Positions 19,639 to 29,100 of a stretch of 64,000 nt of DNA are shown one piece after another. Source of the DNA: Dehalococcoidia bacterium (lineage in GTDB: Bacteria > Chloroflexota > Dehalococcoidia > UBA2979). The stretch is from positions 3,146,885 to 3,210,884 of the forward strand of contig OZ244720.1 of NCBI GenBank assembly GCA_965219085.1, written 5' to 3'. Position 1 is the stretch's first letter, and every line of letters begins with the position of its first letter. Below the pieces are notes generated by a model that was not told the origin of the DNA, did no database searches, and was given only the letters and a program-made list of their open reading frames with translations. Made by a program: the position numbers and the translations under genes.

Positions 19639-20992
19639 GTCCCTGCAAGTGGTGTAGCAGTGCACCATCCTGATCATTTGCTAGCTGGCAGCTTGCAGCA
19701 GCACCTCCTCGCCTGAGGCGACCTCGGCCACGGCCGCCGGCAGCGACTGCAGCATCGTCATGTAGCGCCTCCCCTCCGCCCACTCGTCGTGCTGCTCGGC
19801 GAGCACGGCGCCGACCAGCCGCACGACCGCGGCGCGGTTGGGGAAGATGCCGACGACGTTGGTGCGCCGCCGGATCTCCTTGTTGAGGCGTTCCAGCGGG
19901 TTGTTCGACCAGACCTGCCGCCAGTGCTGGGACGGGAAGGCCGTGAACGCCAGGATCTCGGGTCCGGCGTCGGCGAGCAGCGCCGCGGCCTCGGGGAAGC
20001 GCTCGGCGAGCTGCTCCACCACACGGGCGTGCTGGGCCTGCACCTCGGCCGCAGAGGACTGCTCGTAGATCGTCCGCACCGTCGTCGCCACCAGCTTCTC
20101 GGCGCTCTTCGGCACCCGGGTGAGCAGGTTGCGCATGAAGTGCGTCCTGCAGCGCTGCCAGGAGGCGCCGGCGAAGACGGTCGCGATCGCGTCTCTGAGC
20201 CCCTGGTGGGCGTCCGAGGTCACCAGCTCGACCCCGGACAGACCGCGCGCCACGAGCCCGCGCAGGAAGCTCAGCCAGAACGCCCCGTCCTCGGAGGTAC
20301 CGACGTCGATGCCCAGCAGCTCGCGCTTGCCTGTCGCGTTGACGGCGGTGGCGACGACCACGCTCACCTGGACGACGCGGCCCTCCTCGCGCACGAGCTG
20401 GGTGAGCGCGTCGAGCCAGAGGTAGCGGTAGGGGCCCGAGTCGAGCGGCCGCTCGAGGAAGCTCTCCACGACCTCGTCGAGCTCGGCGCAGATGCGCGAG
20501 ACCTGGCTCTTCGAGATGCCATCACAGCCGAGCGAGCGCACGAGGTCGTCGACGCGGCGCGTCGAGACGCCCTCGACGTAGGCCTGCGTGACCACGGAGA
20601 GGAGGGCGCGCTCCGAGCGCCGCCGCGGCTCGAGCAGCGAGGGGAAGTAGCTGCCCTCGCGCAGCTTCGGGATGCCCAGTTCGATCGTGCCCACGCGCGT
20701 GTCCCAGCGCCTGGGCCGGTAGCCGTTACGCCGGGTGAGGCGCGTCTCGCTGCGCTCGCCGTGGGCGGCGCCGATCTGCGCCGAGACCTCGGCGTCCATC
20801 ACCGCCTGGGCGAGCACCGCGACCGCCTCGCGCAGGAAGTCAATGTCAGCTCCGTCCGCCTGCTTGCGAAGCAACTCCAACAAGTCCACGCTCTCCTTGA
20901 CCACCGTAGTCCTCCTTCACGTGACTGTTTCCTGTGTGAAGGATGGCGCGGTGGTCTCCTACGTCCACCTCTGTGACACCACTTCCTGGGAC
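19639..20992. mobile_element. IS256-family insertion sequence, apparently intact
   Basis: Imperfect terminal inverted repeats GTCCC(T/A)G(C/G)AAGTGGTGT..CAG at 19639-19660 and 20971-20992, flanking a full-length mutator-type transposase. Confidence 0.7.
19681..20904 (-). CDS. IS256-family (mutator-type) transposase, 407 aa
   Basis: Family N-terminus VDLLELLRKQADGADIDFLREAV, plus DDE core motifs (LWLDALTQLVREEGRV, SDAHQGLRDAI, CRTHFMRNLL). Confidence 0.85.
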   Translation of the reverse strand: MVKESVDLLELLRKQADGADIDFLREAVAVLAQAVMDAEVSAQIGAAHGERSETRLTRRNGYRPRRWDTRVGTIELGIPKLREGSYFPSLLEPRRRSERALLSVVTQAYVEGVSTRRVDDLVRSLGCDGISKSQVSRICAELDEVVESFLERPLDSGPYRYLWLDALTQLVREEGRVVQVSVVVATAVNATGKRELLGIDVGTSEDGAFWLSFLRGLVARGLSGVELVTSDAHQGLRDAIATVFAGASWQRCRTHFMRNLLTRVPKSAEKLVATTVRTIYEQSSAAEVQAQHARVVEQLAERFPEAAALLADAGPEILAFTAFPSQHWRQVWSNNPLERLNKEIRRRTNVVGIFPNRAAVVRLVGAVLAEQHDEWAEGRRYMTMLQSLPAAVAEVASGEEVLLQAAS

Positions 20993-21183
20993 GCTACCCC
21001 GTGCCCCCGCCCGTGGTCCGGCGAGGGCAACTCGCGCGCGCTGTCCCGACTGCCAACGACGCCACGGCCGATCGGCCTGCGTCGCTACAGCCGCTCCCCG
21101 TGCGGACGCAAAGCCGTGGGCGTTCGAGCGCGCCGCTGGCGCTAGAATCCGGCCGAAGCCAATTCCTATCCCGGGGGGTCACG

Positions 21184-22284
21184 ATGGAGATCAAGGCGGC
21201 GGTCCTCTACGAGGCGAACACCCCACTGGTCGTCGAGCGTGTGCAGCTCGACGGCCCGAAGGACGGCGAGGTCCTCGTGCGCATCGCCGCCTCGGGCGTG
21301 TGTCACTCCGACTACCACGTGATGAAGGGCGAGTGGACGCCGCCGCTGCCGATGGTGCTCGGCCACGAAGCCGCGGGCGTCGTTGAGCAGGTGGGCGCGG
21401 GAGTCGGGCGGGTGCGGCCAGGCGACCACGTGATCCTGAACTTCCGCCCGAACTGCGGCTGGTGCGACCACTGCAGCCGCGGAGAGCCGGTGCTCTGCAA
21501 CGGAGCGGACAGCGAGCGCTGGCTGCTGTTCGACGGCACCACACGGCTGCACACCAGCGGCGGCCGGGACCTCCATCACTTCGCGCGAGTCGCCTCGTTC
21601 GCGGAGTACGCGGTCGTCCCCGAGTCGGGCGCGGTGCCCGTGCGCCGCGACGTGCCGCTCGACAAGGCGGCGCTCATTGGCTGCGCGGTGATGACCGGGG
21701 TCGGTGCGGTCATCAACACGGCGCGCGTCGAGGCCGGCAGCTCAGTGCTGGTGATCGGCTGCGGTGGAGTGGGCCTGAACTGTATCCAGGGCGCCGTGCT
21801 TGCGGGGGCAGAGCGGATCATCGCCGTCGACGTGAAGGCCAACAAGCTCGAGTACGCGAAGCAGTTCGGCGCGACCGACCTCCTCGGCCCGAGCGAGGGC
21901 GACACCGCGGCCCGGGTGATCGAACTGACGGGCGGAGGCGTGGATTACGCGTTCGAGGCGATCGGCTTCTCCAAGACGATCGTCGACTGCTACGAGTCAA
22001 CGCGGCCTGGCGGCACAACGGTGGTCGTGGGTATGGGGCCCGAGGACGACATGATGACTATCCCCGCGCTCTCGCTGCCGCGCACGGAGAAGGTGCTCCG
22101 CGGCTCGTGGTACGGATCCGCCCGCCCCTGGATCGACCTCCCGAAGATGGTCGACCTCTACCTGGGCGGCCGCCTGCAGGTCGATCCGCTCCTCAGCCGC
22201 ACCTACCCGCTCGATGAGATCAACGAGGCATACGCGGCTCTCGATCGCGGCGACGTGGCGCGCAGCCTGCTCCTCATGGACTGA
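21184..22284 (+). CDS. Zinc-dependent alcohol dehydrogenase (class III / MDR family)
   Basis: MEIKAAVLYEANTPLVVERVQLDGPKDGEVLVRIAASGVCHSDYHVMKGEW and GHEAAGVVEQVG are Zn-ADH signatures. GxGxxG present (VIGCGGVGLN). Confidence 0.8.
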   Translation: MEIKAAVLYEANTPLVVERVQLDGPKDGEVLVRIAASGVCHSDYHVMKGEWTPPLPMVLGHEAAGVVEQVGAGVGRVRPGDHVILNFRPNCGWCDHCSRGEPVLCNGADSERWLLFDGTTRLHTSGGRDLHHFARVASFAEYAVVPESGAVPVRRDVPLDKAALIGCAVMTGVGAVINTARVEAGSSVLVIGCGGVGLNCIQGAVLAGAERIIAVDVKANKLEYAKQFGATDLLGPSEGDTAARVIELTGGGVDYAFEAIGFSKTIVDCYESTRPGGTTVVVGMGPEDDMMTIPALSLPRTEKVLRGSWYGSARPWIDLPKMVDLYLGGRLQVDPLLSRTYPLDEINEAYAALDRGDVARSLLLMD

Positions 22285-22367
22285 GCAGCGCACACAGCGG
22301 GATATTCGTCGACGCGCGGTTCCGCCGACGGGTGATCCATGACGAGGTCGAGCGCCGGCCAGGGTCG

Positions 22368-23450
22368 CTACGCCAAAGGCAGGCGATCCTCGAGGCCGAG
22401 TTCGGCCAGGATGCCGCGGAACCACTCGATCACCTCGGGGTGGTAGGGGATGCCGAGCTCGCGGCGGGCGGCCTCCTCCTCGTGCTCGGGCAGGCCGGCG
22501 TAGTAGACGCGCTCCTCGCCGGGCGCCGTCTTCGCATCACGCAGGCGCCGCAGGTAGGCGTCCATGTCGTCCTTGAACTGCTCGAGGTCGGTGAACGCAT
22601 CGATGCGATAGGCGAGCAGGTGGTGCGCCTGGCGTGCGCGGCGGTCCGGCCCTCCCGCGCCGCCCGAGAGCAGACTCGTCAGCACCTCGACCATCACCGC
22701 GAGGCCGTACCCCTTGTGCGAGCCGATCTCACGCGTGCCGCCCAGGGGCAGCATCAGGTACGGCTCGGGGATCGGTCGCTCCTCCATGATCGGCGCACCG
22801 TCCTCGCCGGCAATCCAGCCCGGCATGGTGTCGCGGCCGAGGCGCTGCACGAGCCGCACCTTGTTGCCGGCGATCGAGCTCATCGAGCCGTCGAAGATGA
22901 ACGGCGGCTCCTCGCGCGTGGGCACGGCGATCGCGATCGGGTTGAGGCCGACGAGCGGCTCGGCGCCGAAAGTGGGCGTCACGCTGACGCCGCCGGCGGT
23001 CATCGAGACGCCGATCATGTCCTCATCGAGGGCCATCGCGGCGGTGTAGGCGGCGGCGCCGTAGTGCCCGCCGTTGTAGACGGCGACCGAGCCGATCCCG
23101 TACTGGCGCGCCCGCTCGATCGCGATGCGCATCGCCTCCGGCCCGATCACGCCGCCGTGCGCGCCGTCCGAGTCGATCGTGCAGGCGGCCGGGCTGTCGT
23201 GGGTGATGCGCCAGCGCGCCTGGAGGTTGATGCCGCCGTCGCGGATCGCGTCCACGTAGTAGCGCAGCATGTTCGAGACGCCGTGCGAGTCGATGCCGCG
23301 GATGTCCGCATACAGCAGCACGTCCGCCGACTGCTCGGCGTGGCCGCGTGGCATGCCGAGGGCGACGAAGAGCTCTTCGACGGCGCCGCGCATCACCGCA
23401 GGGTCGACTCGCACCTCGATCTCCGGGGGGACGTGGAAGCGTTCGAGCAT
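22368..23450 (-). CDS. Ldh_2-family (malate/L-lactate dehydrogenase type 2 / AllD-like) oxidoreductase
   Basis: Start at MLERFHVPPEIEVRV. Family blocks GIDSHGVSNMLRYY and AGNKVRLVQRLGRD...GSHKGYGLAV. Confidence 0.7.
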   Translation of the reverse strand: MLERFHVPPEIEVRVDPAVMRGAVEELFVALGMPRGHAEQSADVLLYADIRGIDSHGVSNMLRYYVDAIRDGGINLQARWRITHDSPAACTIDSDGAHGGVIGPEAMRIAIERARQYGIGSVAVYNGGHYGAAAYTAAMALDEDMIGVSMTAGGVSVTPTFGAEPLVGLNPIAIAVPTREEPPFIFDGSMSSIAGNKVRLVQRLGRDTMPGWIAGEDGAPIMEERPIPEPYLMLPLGGTREIGSHKGYGLAVMVEVLTSLLSGGAGGPDRRARQAHHLLAYRIDAFTDLEQFKDDMDAYLRRLRDAKTAPGEERVYYAGLPEHEEEAARRELGIPYHPEVIEWFRGILAELGLEDRLPLA

Positions 23451-23591
23451 TGGAACCGCCTTACTGCCCGAGAGCCCTTGCTGTTCGGCCCGCGCGCCGG
23501 GGTACCGGGCGATGGTACGACTACTGCCGTGAGGGTCCGCCGCGCCGGGACAGCGCGGTGGGATAGGAACTAAGCGCGGGCAGGACCAGCC

Positions 23592-23984
23592 ATGACTACG
23601 ACCGTGAAAGCCACCCACGCCAGCGGCGTACTCACGCCCTCGGAGCCCCTCGACATCGAGGAAGGCACGGAGGTGACGCTGTCGATCGAGGACGCGGGGT
23701 CGCCGAAGCGAGGGCTGGCCGGCATCGTTGAGGCAGTCCAGGAGCTTCACAGGACCATCCCGCCGGACGCGTGGGACGTTCTGCCGACGGACGGCGCGAA
23801 GAACGACAACCACTACCTGTACGGCAGCCCGAAGGAAGAGGACTCATGCGAGTGGCCTACGCGGACGCGGGCTACCGGATCGCGCTGTGGAATTCCCGGG
23901 ATCCGCTGCACCAGCGGCTGTTGGCCGTCGCTGGAACGTGGCGGCGGCTGCCGTCGTGACCACACAGATTGTCCGGTTGAGTAG
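23592..23984 (+). CDS. DUF104-type antitoxin-like protein. The native stop appears lost; the meaningful domain runs to about 23850
   Basis: MTTTVKATHASGVLTPSEPLDIEEGTEVTLSIE and ...NDNHYLYGSPKEED match the small AF2212/DUF104 antitoxins partnered with PIN toxins. The ORF then reads through 45 codons of out-of-context sequence. Confidence 0.5.
   Translation: MTTTVKATHASGVLTPSEPLDIEEGTEVTLSIEDAGSPKRGLAGIVEAVQELHRTIPPDAWDVLPTDGAKNDNHYLYGSPKEEDSCEWPTRTRATGSRCGIPGIRCTSGCWPSLERGGGCRRDHTDCPVE
23846..23959 (+). pseudogene. Remnant of the cognate PIN/VapC toxin (37 aa left)
   Basis: ATG overlaps the antitoxin end (GAGGACTCATGCG). MRVAYADAGYRIALWNSRDPLHQRLLAV resembles a PIN N-terminus and then stops; the remaining roughly 100 aa are absent. 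Confidence 0.3.
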
Positions 23985-24391
23985 CTGACGGCAGCAGGGG
24001 CGTGAGATACGGCATCGGGCGGGAAGCCGCCGAGCGAGCAGCGCCGATAGCATCTCACGTGCGCCGCCCGCATCCGGTGCCCGATGGTTGGTGGCGAGGC
24101 CCACTACGGCAACCCCGTCATTGCGTGCCAGGTTGTGCGCAGCGCAAGGCGGCACCAGCCCACCGTGGTTTCGCCAACTGGCCCCGTAAGTTCCTTCATC
24201 GGTGCCCGACCCGAAGCGCGCCGCACACCCTCCGATGGCACGCTGCCTGCCATATGGCGCTGATCTCGCAGCACAGGCGCAGAGGTCACAGCGTGCGGAC
24301 CATGATCTGATGCCACTCGAGCGGTTCCGATAATCCAGCGATCGGTGGTCCGGGGATCGAGCCTCCCGCGGCGCCCGCCTGCGGGCGAAGG

Positions 24392-24805
24392 CTACGAGGC
24401 CGACAAGACACGCCGACCGTCAAACGGGCGGGGGGGCTTCACCCGGTCTTCGAGCCAGCTCACCAGCTCCGCGAACCGGAACGCGTTGGTCTCGAACAGC
24501 TTCATGAAGAACTCGTGGGCTGCACGGTCGTCGCAGTCGATGAAGTGGCCATTCCCGCGCAGGAAGACATCCGTGACGAAGAAGGCCACTCGCTTGTTCC
24601 CGTCCACGAAGGGGTGGTTCACGGCAAGGCTCTCCATGAGTGCCGCCGCCTCCTCGGTCAGGCTCTCCTAGTACCCGAGTTGCGGCCGCATCACTGCCGC
24701 CGCGAGGGCGCCTTCATCACGGATCCCAGCACTGCCACCGAATTCGTCGATCAGGACGACGTGCATGGCCACGACTTCCTCGATCGTCGGGAAGTCGTGG
24801 GTCAC
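24392..24805 (-). pseudogene. doc: Doc (Fic/Doc-family) toxin with an in-frame amber codon at codon 46
   Basis: GTG overlapping the antitoxin TGA. VTHDFPTIEEVVAMHVVLIDEFGGSAGIRDEGALAAAVMRPQLGY, then TAG (plus-strand cta at 24668-24670) where Tyr is expected. The same frame continues ESLTEEAAALMESLAVNHPFVDGNKRVAFFV (Doc motif HxFxDGNKR). Confidence 0.7.
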
Positions 24806-25029
24806 TTCGCCAAGAGCTCACCAAGGAGGCGATGTCGCTCGACACTCGCCCGGAAGTGCTCGATTATCTCCGGGCGGATCGTCTGGCGGGCCTTCTTCTC
24901 GAGATACCCACTCATCGCGTCTTCGAGCACTGCCTGGAAATGACGCCCTTCTTCCCGGGCAGCCGCTCGCAGCGCGGCCAGTAGCTCGGGCGATGCCTGG
25001 CTGGAAAACTTCTGGCGCGTCTGAGCCAT
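24802..25029 (-). CDS. Antitoxin of the Doc module (RHH/Phd-functional analog), intact
   Basis: 75 aa, MAQTRQKFSSQASPELLAALRAAAREEGRHFQAVLEDAMSGYLE. Stop overlaps the Doc start (GTGA). Confidence 0.6.
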   Translation of the reverse strand: MAQTRQKFSSQASPELLAALRAAAREEGRHFQAVLEDAMSGYLEKKARQTIRPEIIEHFRASVERHRLLGELLAK

Positions 25030-25170
25030 CGCGCACCCCCCTCGCTGGTTGCTGTCCCTATTGTCGCGTCGGGCGATCCCGTGTCAAGAACCAGCTTGAC
25101 GCCACGAGCTCATCGAGGACATCGGCGAGTGTGAAGGAGTCACCCCCGCAGCGTAGCCCCGATTCGGCGG

Positions 25171-25443
25171 TTACTTGCGTCGGCGCTCGGTCCAGGTCGC
25201 GTGCCGCGGCTGACCGGCTTCGCGGACACGATCGCGAAGCCGCCCGAAGTAGTCCGCATCGGCGGTGACTGCCTGCGGCGACGCCGCGCCTTCGAGGAAC
25301 GGGCCGCGTAGGCGCTGGCGATCCCGGTCCTTGCGGATTAACTCACCGACGTACTCGCTTGACGAGCTGTAGCCGCGGGCGCTGACCTGCTGGTCCACGA
25401 AGGCCTTAAGGGCCGCGGGGAGCGATATGTTCATCGTGCTCAT
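25171..25443 (-). CDS. parD: ParD-family antitoxin, orphan (no ParE downstream)
   Basis: MNISLPAALKAFVDQQVSARGYSSSSEYVGELIRKDRDRQ matches the ParD/COG3609 signature. Only 140 nt separate it from the next gene, too short for a ParE. Confidence 0.65.
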   Translation of the reverse strand: MSTMNISLPAALKAFVDQQVSARGYSSSSEYVGELIRKDRDRQRLRGPFLEGAASPQAVTADADYFGRLRDRVREAGQPRHATWTERRRK

Positions 25444-25654
25444 GATGCAACGCTCGCAGGTTTGGCAAGCGTTGCCAATACGCCCCTCGGGCCTTGCACT
25501 GCGGATTCCCGGCGGAGGTCGCCAGCGCTACCCGACGGTGGGGCCAGGCGATCCGGTTGAACCGGCCGTCCTGCTGGAGATGCAGCGCCTGCTGCTCGCC
25601 CGGCACGCCGCTCGAGGAGCACGGCGGGCGCCTGCGAGACCAACAGAACTAGAT

Positions 25655-25950
25655 CGGAGGCTCCGGGTACAACCCGTGCGCGGCGGCGTTCGTGCCGCCA
25701 CCCCCGGAGGTCGTGGAGGACCTGTTCGACGACCTCTGCGCCTTCGCCAGCACCGATGCGTGGCCACCGCTGGTCCAGGCAGCGATCGCGCAGGCGCAGT
25801 CCGAAACCATCCACCCGTTCGTGGACGGCAACGGGCGCGTGGGCCGTGCCCTGATCCATTTGGTGCTGCGGCGCCGCGGGCTGGGGCTCCGGGTCCCACC
25901 ACCCATCTCGCTGGTGCTGGCGACGTGGCCGTCGGCCTACGTACGTCGGG
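25655..25950 (+). pseudogene. Fic-domain fragment (core motif only), N-terminally truncated
   Basis: ETIHPFVDGNGRVGRALIHLVLRRRGL carries the Fic motif HPFxDGNGR. The open frame begins right after a TAG near 25650 and runs into the IS110 copy. Confidence 0.5.
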
Positions 25951-26169
25951 CCGCCCGACAGCGCCGGAGCGCGCGACGGCTTCGAGCACTGGGTGGAGCT
26001 CGCCGCCGCGGCGTGCCTGCGTGCGGCGGGCGATGCCGCACGTTTCGAGGAGCGGGTGCAGGCGCTCCAGGCGGAGTGGCTCGACCGTATGGAGTGACCG
26101 GCTCCGAGTTCGCAAACTCGCGGGTTACAGACGCGAGGCATGCAGAGCCGCATGCGAAAGGAGCCGGTC

Positions 26170-27282
26170 ATGGAGATGACTACCACATACGCAGGGATGG
26201 ATGCACACGTGCGGGCGATCCACGTGGCGGTGCTGGCGCCGGGGGCCGAGCGGCCCGAGGAGTGGCAGTTGACGAACGAGTCGCGCTCGGTGAAGCGGCT
26301 CGCGCAACGCCTGAAGCGCATGGCGCCGGGGCCGGTCGTGGCCTGCTACGAGGCCGGTCCGGGCGGCTTCGCGCTGCAGCGCCAGCTCGAGGCCGAAGGC
26401 ATCGAATGCCAGGTGATCGCGCCAGCGCTGATCCCCAGGCGGCCCGGCGACCGCGTCAAGACCGACCGTCGCGACGCACGGAAGCTCGCCGAGCTGCTGC
26501 GCGCGGACCTGCTCACGGCGGTGCATCCCCCCACCGTCGACCAGGAGGCGGTGCGCGACCTCTGCCGGGCGCGCGAGGACGCCGTGACCGACCGCACCCG
26601 CGCGCGCCACCGCCTGGCGAAGCTGCTGCTGCGGCGCGGCATCGCCTACGACGGGCGGAACTGGACGAAGCGGCACCGCAACTGGCTGCTGACGCTGCGC
26701 TTCGAGCACCCGGCCGCGCAGGCCACCTTCGACGACTACCTGCGCGCGCTCGAGGGCGTGGAGGAGCGGCTGCGCGCGCTGGAGCAGGAACTGGCCGCGT
26801 GTGCCGCCGGCGACGACTACCGCGAGGCGGTGGGGCTGCTGCGCTGCTTCCGCGGCATCGACACGGTAACGGCGCTGACGGTGCTGGCCGAGCTCGGCGA
26901 CATCACCCGCTTCGGCAGCGGGCGGCAGTTGATGTCGTACCTCGGGCTCACGCCCAGCGAGTACAGCAGCGGCGCCCGTCAGCGGCGGGGACCGATCACC
27001 AAGACCGGCAACGCCCACGTGCGCCGGCTGCTCGTAGAGAGCGCCTGGCACTACCGCCACCCACCACGGGTGGGGGTGGCGCTCCGCAAGCGGCGCGAGG
27101 GCCAGCCGGGCTGGGCGGTGGCGCTGGCCGACCGGGCGCAAGCCCGGCTCCACCGTCGCCACCGGCGGCTGATCGCTCGCGGCAAGCCGTCGGTGGTGGC
27201 GAACGTCGCCGTGGCGCGCGAGCTCGCCGGCTGCCTGTGGGCGGTGCTGCACAACAGCGCGGAGCAGCGCGCGGCGGCCTGA
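26170..27282 (+). CDS. IS110-family transposase
   Basis: YAGMDAHVRAIHVAVL N-terminal DEDD region, and a C-terminal IS116/IS110/IS902 block (GIDTVTALTVLAELGDITRF...LTPSEYSSG). Confidence 0.8.
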   Translation: MEMTTTYAGMDAHVRAIHVAVLAPGAERPEEWQLTNESRSVKRLAQRLKRMAPGPVVACYEAGPGGFALQRQLEAEGIECQVIAPALIPRRPGDRVKTDRRDARKLAELLRADLLTAVHPPTVDQEAVRDLCRAREDAVTDRTRARHRLAKLLLRRGIAYDGRNWTKRHRNWLLTLRFEHPAAQATFDDYLRALEGVEERLRALEQELAACAAGDDYREAVGLLRCFRGIDTVTALTVLAELGDITRFGSGRQLMSYLGLTPSEYSSGARQRRGPITKTGNAHVRRLLVESAWHYRHPPRVGVALRKRREGQPGWAVALADRAQARLHRRHRRLIARGKPSVVANVAVARELAGCLWAVLHNSAEQRAAA

Positions 27283-27493
27283 TGCAACGCGCCGCGGCGA
27301 AGGCGGAGACGGTGATACGCCGCTCCGGGGCTGGAGCGGATGGATGAGCGAGGACACGCTCAGGAGGATGCGCGGAAGCACTGTGCGGCAACGGCGCCTG
27401 GCGCCGCCAACCCGCGACATCAGACGGCGAACCCTCCCGGCGAAGCACGGTCATGCGGCAAGGCCCCAGGCAACCCGACGTTCCTATAGAGAG

Positions 27494-28753
27494 TCAAGGG
27501 AGCGATCCGGCAGCCTCCCGCGCGGCGTGAGCGGCGAGGCGATTCGGGACAGAGGGATGCCCCGCTTCCAACCCCGCCCGCGCTGATCCGGGATCCGTGG
27601 ATGCCCGTGTTGGCTGCCGTGGGTGCTCGCCGTCCACAGACGCGGGGGGCCCGCCCTCACAGGCGCGGGGGGCGCCGGGAGTCGAGCCGGGCGACAGCTG
27701 CGTGGCGTATCGCGCCAGATCGGCAGTGAGCGTTCGATAGAGCTGGCGAGCGACATAGCGCTTCAGGCAGCGGATGATCTCGCGTTTGGACTTACCCTCC
27801 GCAGTGCGCTTCGCCACGTAAGCCCTGGTGCGGGCGCAATAGCGCAGGCGGACGAGCACGATCCGGTACAGCGCGCTGTTGGCCTGCCGGTCGCCGCCCG
27901 GGTTCAGGCGATGTCGCTGCGTGCGCCCGGAGGACGCCTCGAGGGGCGCGGCGCCGCAGAGCCGTGCGAAGGCGGCCTCGCTCGACAGCCGTCCGATGTT
28001 CTCGCCGGGGGTGACGAGTAACTGCGCGGCGTTCACGATGCCGACACCGGGCAGTGCGAGGGAGCCGGGTGCGACCCTCTCCACAAGTGACCGCAGCGCC
28101 TGGTCGAGATCGGCGACCTCGCGGTCCAGCTCGGCGACGTGGTGAGCGACGCTGCGCAGCGCGAGCTTCGCGGCCTGTAGTGGTTGGTCGAGCCGGGCCC
28201 TGTCCGGACGGAATCGCGCGCACTGCCGCGCCTTCGCGGGCAGGGTCTGCTGCGGCAGCGCCTCGCGGAGTTCCGCCGGCGCCGTGGCGATCAGGTCGCG
28301 CAGCTGCAGCAGCGCCGCACTGCGGGCCTTGACCGCGGCTGAACGAGCATTTGCGAGGGTGCGGATCGACTCGACGACACCGTTCGTGGCCTTGGGCAGC
28401 ACCTGCGCCGTACCCGCCAGCACCTGCCTCGCGGCGGCCTCGGCGTCGATCGGGTCTGACTTACCCTGGCGCCGGCGCGTGTGCCGGTGCGGCTGGCTGA
28501 CCTCGCGCACATCCAGCCCCTGTGCGAGCAACCAGCGTGTGAGCCCGGCCCCGTAGGACGAGGCGCCCTCCACGGCGATCGTCGCGATCGTGCCGAACGC
28601 CTCCAGCCACTGGTGCAACTCCCGGTAGCCCCGCGCGGTCGCTGGGAACTCGGCATCCCCGAGTCTCTCTCCTCGATCGTCGAGTGCGACTGCGTGGTGC
28701 GTGCGGGAGTGGGTATCCACCCCTCCGATGACACCGCTCCGCGTTTCCGGCAT
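27494..28753 (-). CDS. IS110-family transposase (second, divergent copy), with a C-terminal run-on extension
   Basis: VIGGVDTHSRTHHAVALD and LPGVGIVNAAQLLVTPGENIGRLSSEAAFARLCGAAPLEASSG match IS110/IS1111. The last roughly 80 aa are low-complexity, suggesting a mutated native stop. Confidence 0.75.
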   Translation of the reverse strand: MPETRSGVIGGVDTHSRTHHAVALDDRGERLGDAEFPATARGYRELHQWLEAFGTIATIAVEGASSYGAGLTRWLLAQGLDVREVSQPHRHTRRRQGKSDPIDAEAAARQVLAGTAQVLPKATNGVVESIRTLANARSAAVKARSAALLQLRDLIATAPAELREALPQQTLPAKARQCARFRPDRARLDQPLQAAKLALRSVAHHVAELDREVADLDQALRSLVERVAPGSLALPGVGIVNAAQLLVTPGENIGRLSSEAAFARLCGAAPLEASSGRTQRHRLNPGGDRQANSALYRIVLVRLRYCARTRAYVAKRTAEGKSKREIIRCLKRYVARQLYRTLTADLARYATQLSPGSTPGAPRACEGGPPASVDGEHPRQPTRASTDPGSARAGLEAGHPSVPNRLAAHAAREAAGSLP

Positions 28754-29100
28754 GCTCGCCGTACCTTCCTGCGGGGAGGTGTGTGACCGGGTCGTGGTGG
28801 GCGGACAGAACAGCGATGAGGCAACTCTGAGCCAGGTTCCTATGAGGTCACGCCACCCGCGGCCCGGTCACTTGGTGGATGCGAGGAGGGCGGAGCCGAC
28901 ACGTCGGATTGAGGACACCGCTCGCGGTGGGTCAGCGAATATCTAGGTCAGGCTCCGTCCTTCTCGCTGTGAGTATCTTCGCTGCGAATATCAGAGTGAC
29001 ACGTCGTCGAAGCAGCGCCCTCGTTCGTCCATCTCCCCCCGTTCCGGAGCCGGATCGCCACGACCACCGCCGGTGCTGCTTGACAGCCGGTCACTCCATA

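Noticed and set aside
25030-25170. Small frame downstream of parD encoding GGDSFTLADVLDELVASSWFLTRDRPTRQ as a candidate ParE remnant
   Set aside because: No start codon in frame, only about 30 codons, and no resemblance to the RelE/ParE fold motifs
25427-26179. 250-aa ORF overlapping the Fic fragment
   Set aside because: Arg/Pro-rich artefact in the wrong frame. The Fic motif HPFVDGNGR is in a different frame
27494-27750. C-terminal 80 residues of the second IS110 transposase as a separate fused domain
   Set aside because: Low-complexity Ala/Arg/Pro run without motifs. More likely read-through after loss of the native stop
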